DNA of 64,000 nucleotides from Azolla caroliniana (Eukaryota; Plantae; Polypodiophyta): positions 3,348,001 through 3,412,000 of the forward strand of contig JBHGNT010000009.1 of assembly GCA_043228905.1 (NCBI GenBank), read 5' to 3'. Under the pieces are notes generated by a model that saw only the letters and a list, made by a program, of their open reading frames with translations, searched no databases and had not been told where the DNA came from. Positions 63,154 through 64,000 of the stretch are shown one piece after another; position 1 is the first letter of the stretch; each line of letters begins with the position of its first letter. The position numbers and the translations under genes are program-made.

Positions 63154-64000
63154 TCATATCACTTCAATATGGTTCATTTTCGTTTCAATTATTTTTGCAT
63201 CTTCATGCCTTCCAGTCGCTCTATAGATGTTACTCATGCAAACATAAGTCGCAGCATCCTTGTCATCTAAACTGATTGCATGTTGAAAAGCAAATTCACC
63301 AAGCTCCACGTCTCCCCATTTCTGACAAACACCCAACAAAGTAACCCATATCTGAGGATCAGTAAGAAATGGCATATTCTTGATAACCTCTACAGCCTTA
63401 TACAAGTCACCTGCACGTCCAAACGAATCAACCATGCAAGTATGATGCTCTAAAGTTGGTATTATGTTATAGTTTTTATTCATCATCTCTAAATACATTA
63501 GACATTTCTCCAGTAAACCCCCATGATTACATAAATTAAGCACAATACTGAATGTCACCAAATTTGGATTTTTTCGTTCTGCCATCATTTTATCAAATGA
63601 GTTGAAAGCCTTTCCTTCCTCTCCAAGCTGAGCATATCCTGCAATCAATGTATTCCACGAGATGACATCCTGCTCAGAAAGCTTGCCAAACAATCTTTGT
63701 GCTTCTAAAAAGGCACCGCATTTCACATACATATTAACTAAGGCGTTGACAACATTTTCTTCTTCCAATAAGTCCTCGCTAACAATCTTTGTGTGTATTT
63801 GTTTGCCTTTGAATACAACACCTGTATTGCCACATGCTTTCAAGATGCAAACAATGGTAACCACATTTGTAGAGAGACCCTCAAGTTGCAAACGCTCAAA
63901 GCACTTCACAGCTTCGCTGTCATGTTCATATTGAGCATATCCAGAAATTAGGGAAGTCCAAGAGAATATATCTGGATCAAACAGATCATCAAACACTTCT
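63154..64000 (-). CDS. PLS-class PPR protein, E subclass, C-terminal part (5' end outside window)
   Basis: DIFSWTSLISGYAQ, NALVNMYVKCG, HHTCMVDSFGRAG, WVTLLGVCQKWGDVELG and YVCMSNIY motifs. Stops without a DYW domain. Confidence 0.92.
   Translation of the reverse strand, partial: EVFDDLFDPDIFSWTSLISGYAQYEHDSEAVKCFERLQLEGLSTNVVTIVCILKACGNTGVVFKGKQIHTKIVSEDLLEEENVVNALVNMYVKCGAFLEAQRLFGKLSEQDVISWNTLIAGYAQLGEEGKAFNSFDKMMAERKNPNLVTFSIVLNLCNHGGLLEKCLMYLEMMNKNYNIIPTLEHHTCMVDSFGRAGDLYKAVEVIKNMPFLTDPQIWVTLLGVCQKWGDVELGEFAFQHAISLDDKDAATYVCMSNIYRATGRHEDAKIIETKMNHIEVI

Overview
Land-plant nuclear DNA with GT-AG introns, PLS-class PPR genes and telo-boxes; the gene style suggests a fern or other seed-free plant, but that is inference only. 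Seven apparently functional genes: a lipid phosphate phosphatase (PAP2) with probable N-terminal microexons, a large MEB/VIT1(CCC1)-family membrane protein, non-specific phospholipase C (NPC1-like), a small mitochondrial-type 'embryogenesis-like' protein, an IST1-like ESCRT regulator, and two convergent PLS-E PPR genes (the second partial, cut by the window edge). There is also a decayed LRR/malectin receptor-kinase pseudogene. Mobile DNA includes a Copia remnant, two 5'-truncated LINEs with TSDs (one split by a solo LTR with a 4-bp TSD), a hAT-type non-autonomous element with an 8-bp TSD, a MITE-like hairpin and a near-perfect 6x182-bp tandem array. The most unusual feature is inside the MEB/VIT1 gene. 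Between its N-terminal Cys-motif region and the VIT1 transmembrane domain lie at least 11 intact homologous symmetric (phase 1-1) exons plus one that has lost its donor, each ending in a C-x(2-3)-G...LLPxY(P/S/T)WG-like motif. This is either an unrecognised exon-encoded repeat domain or a combinatorial alternative-splicing cassette. All exon boundaries were read by eye and lack transcript support.
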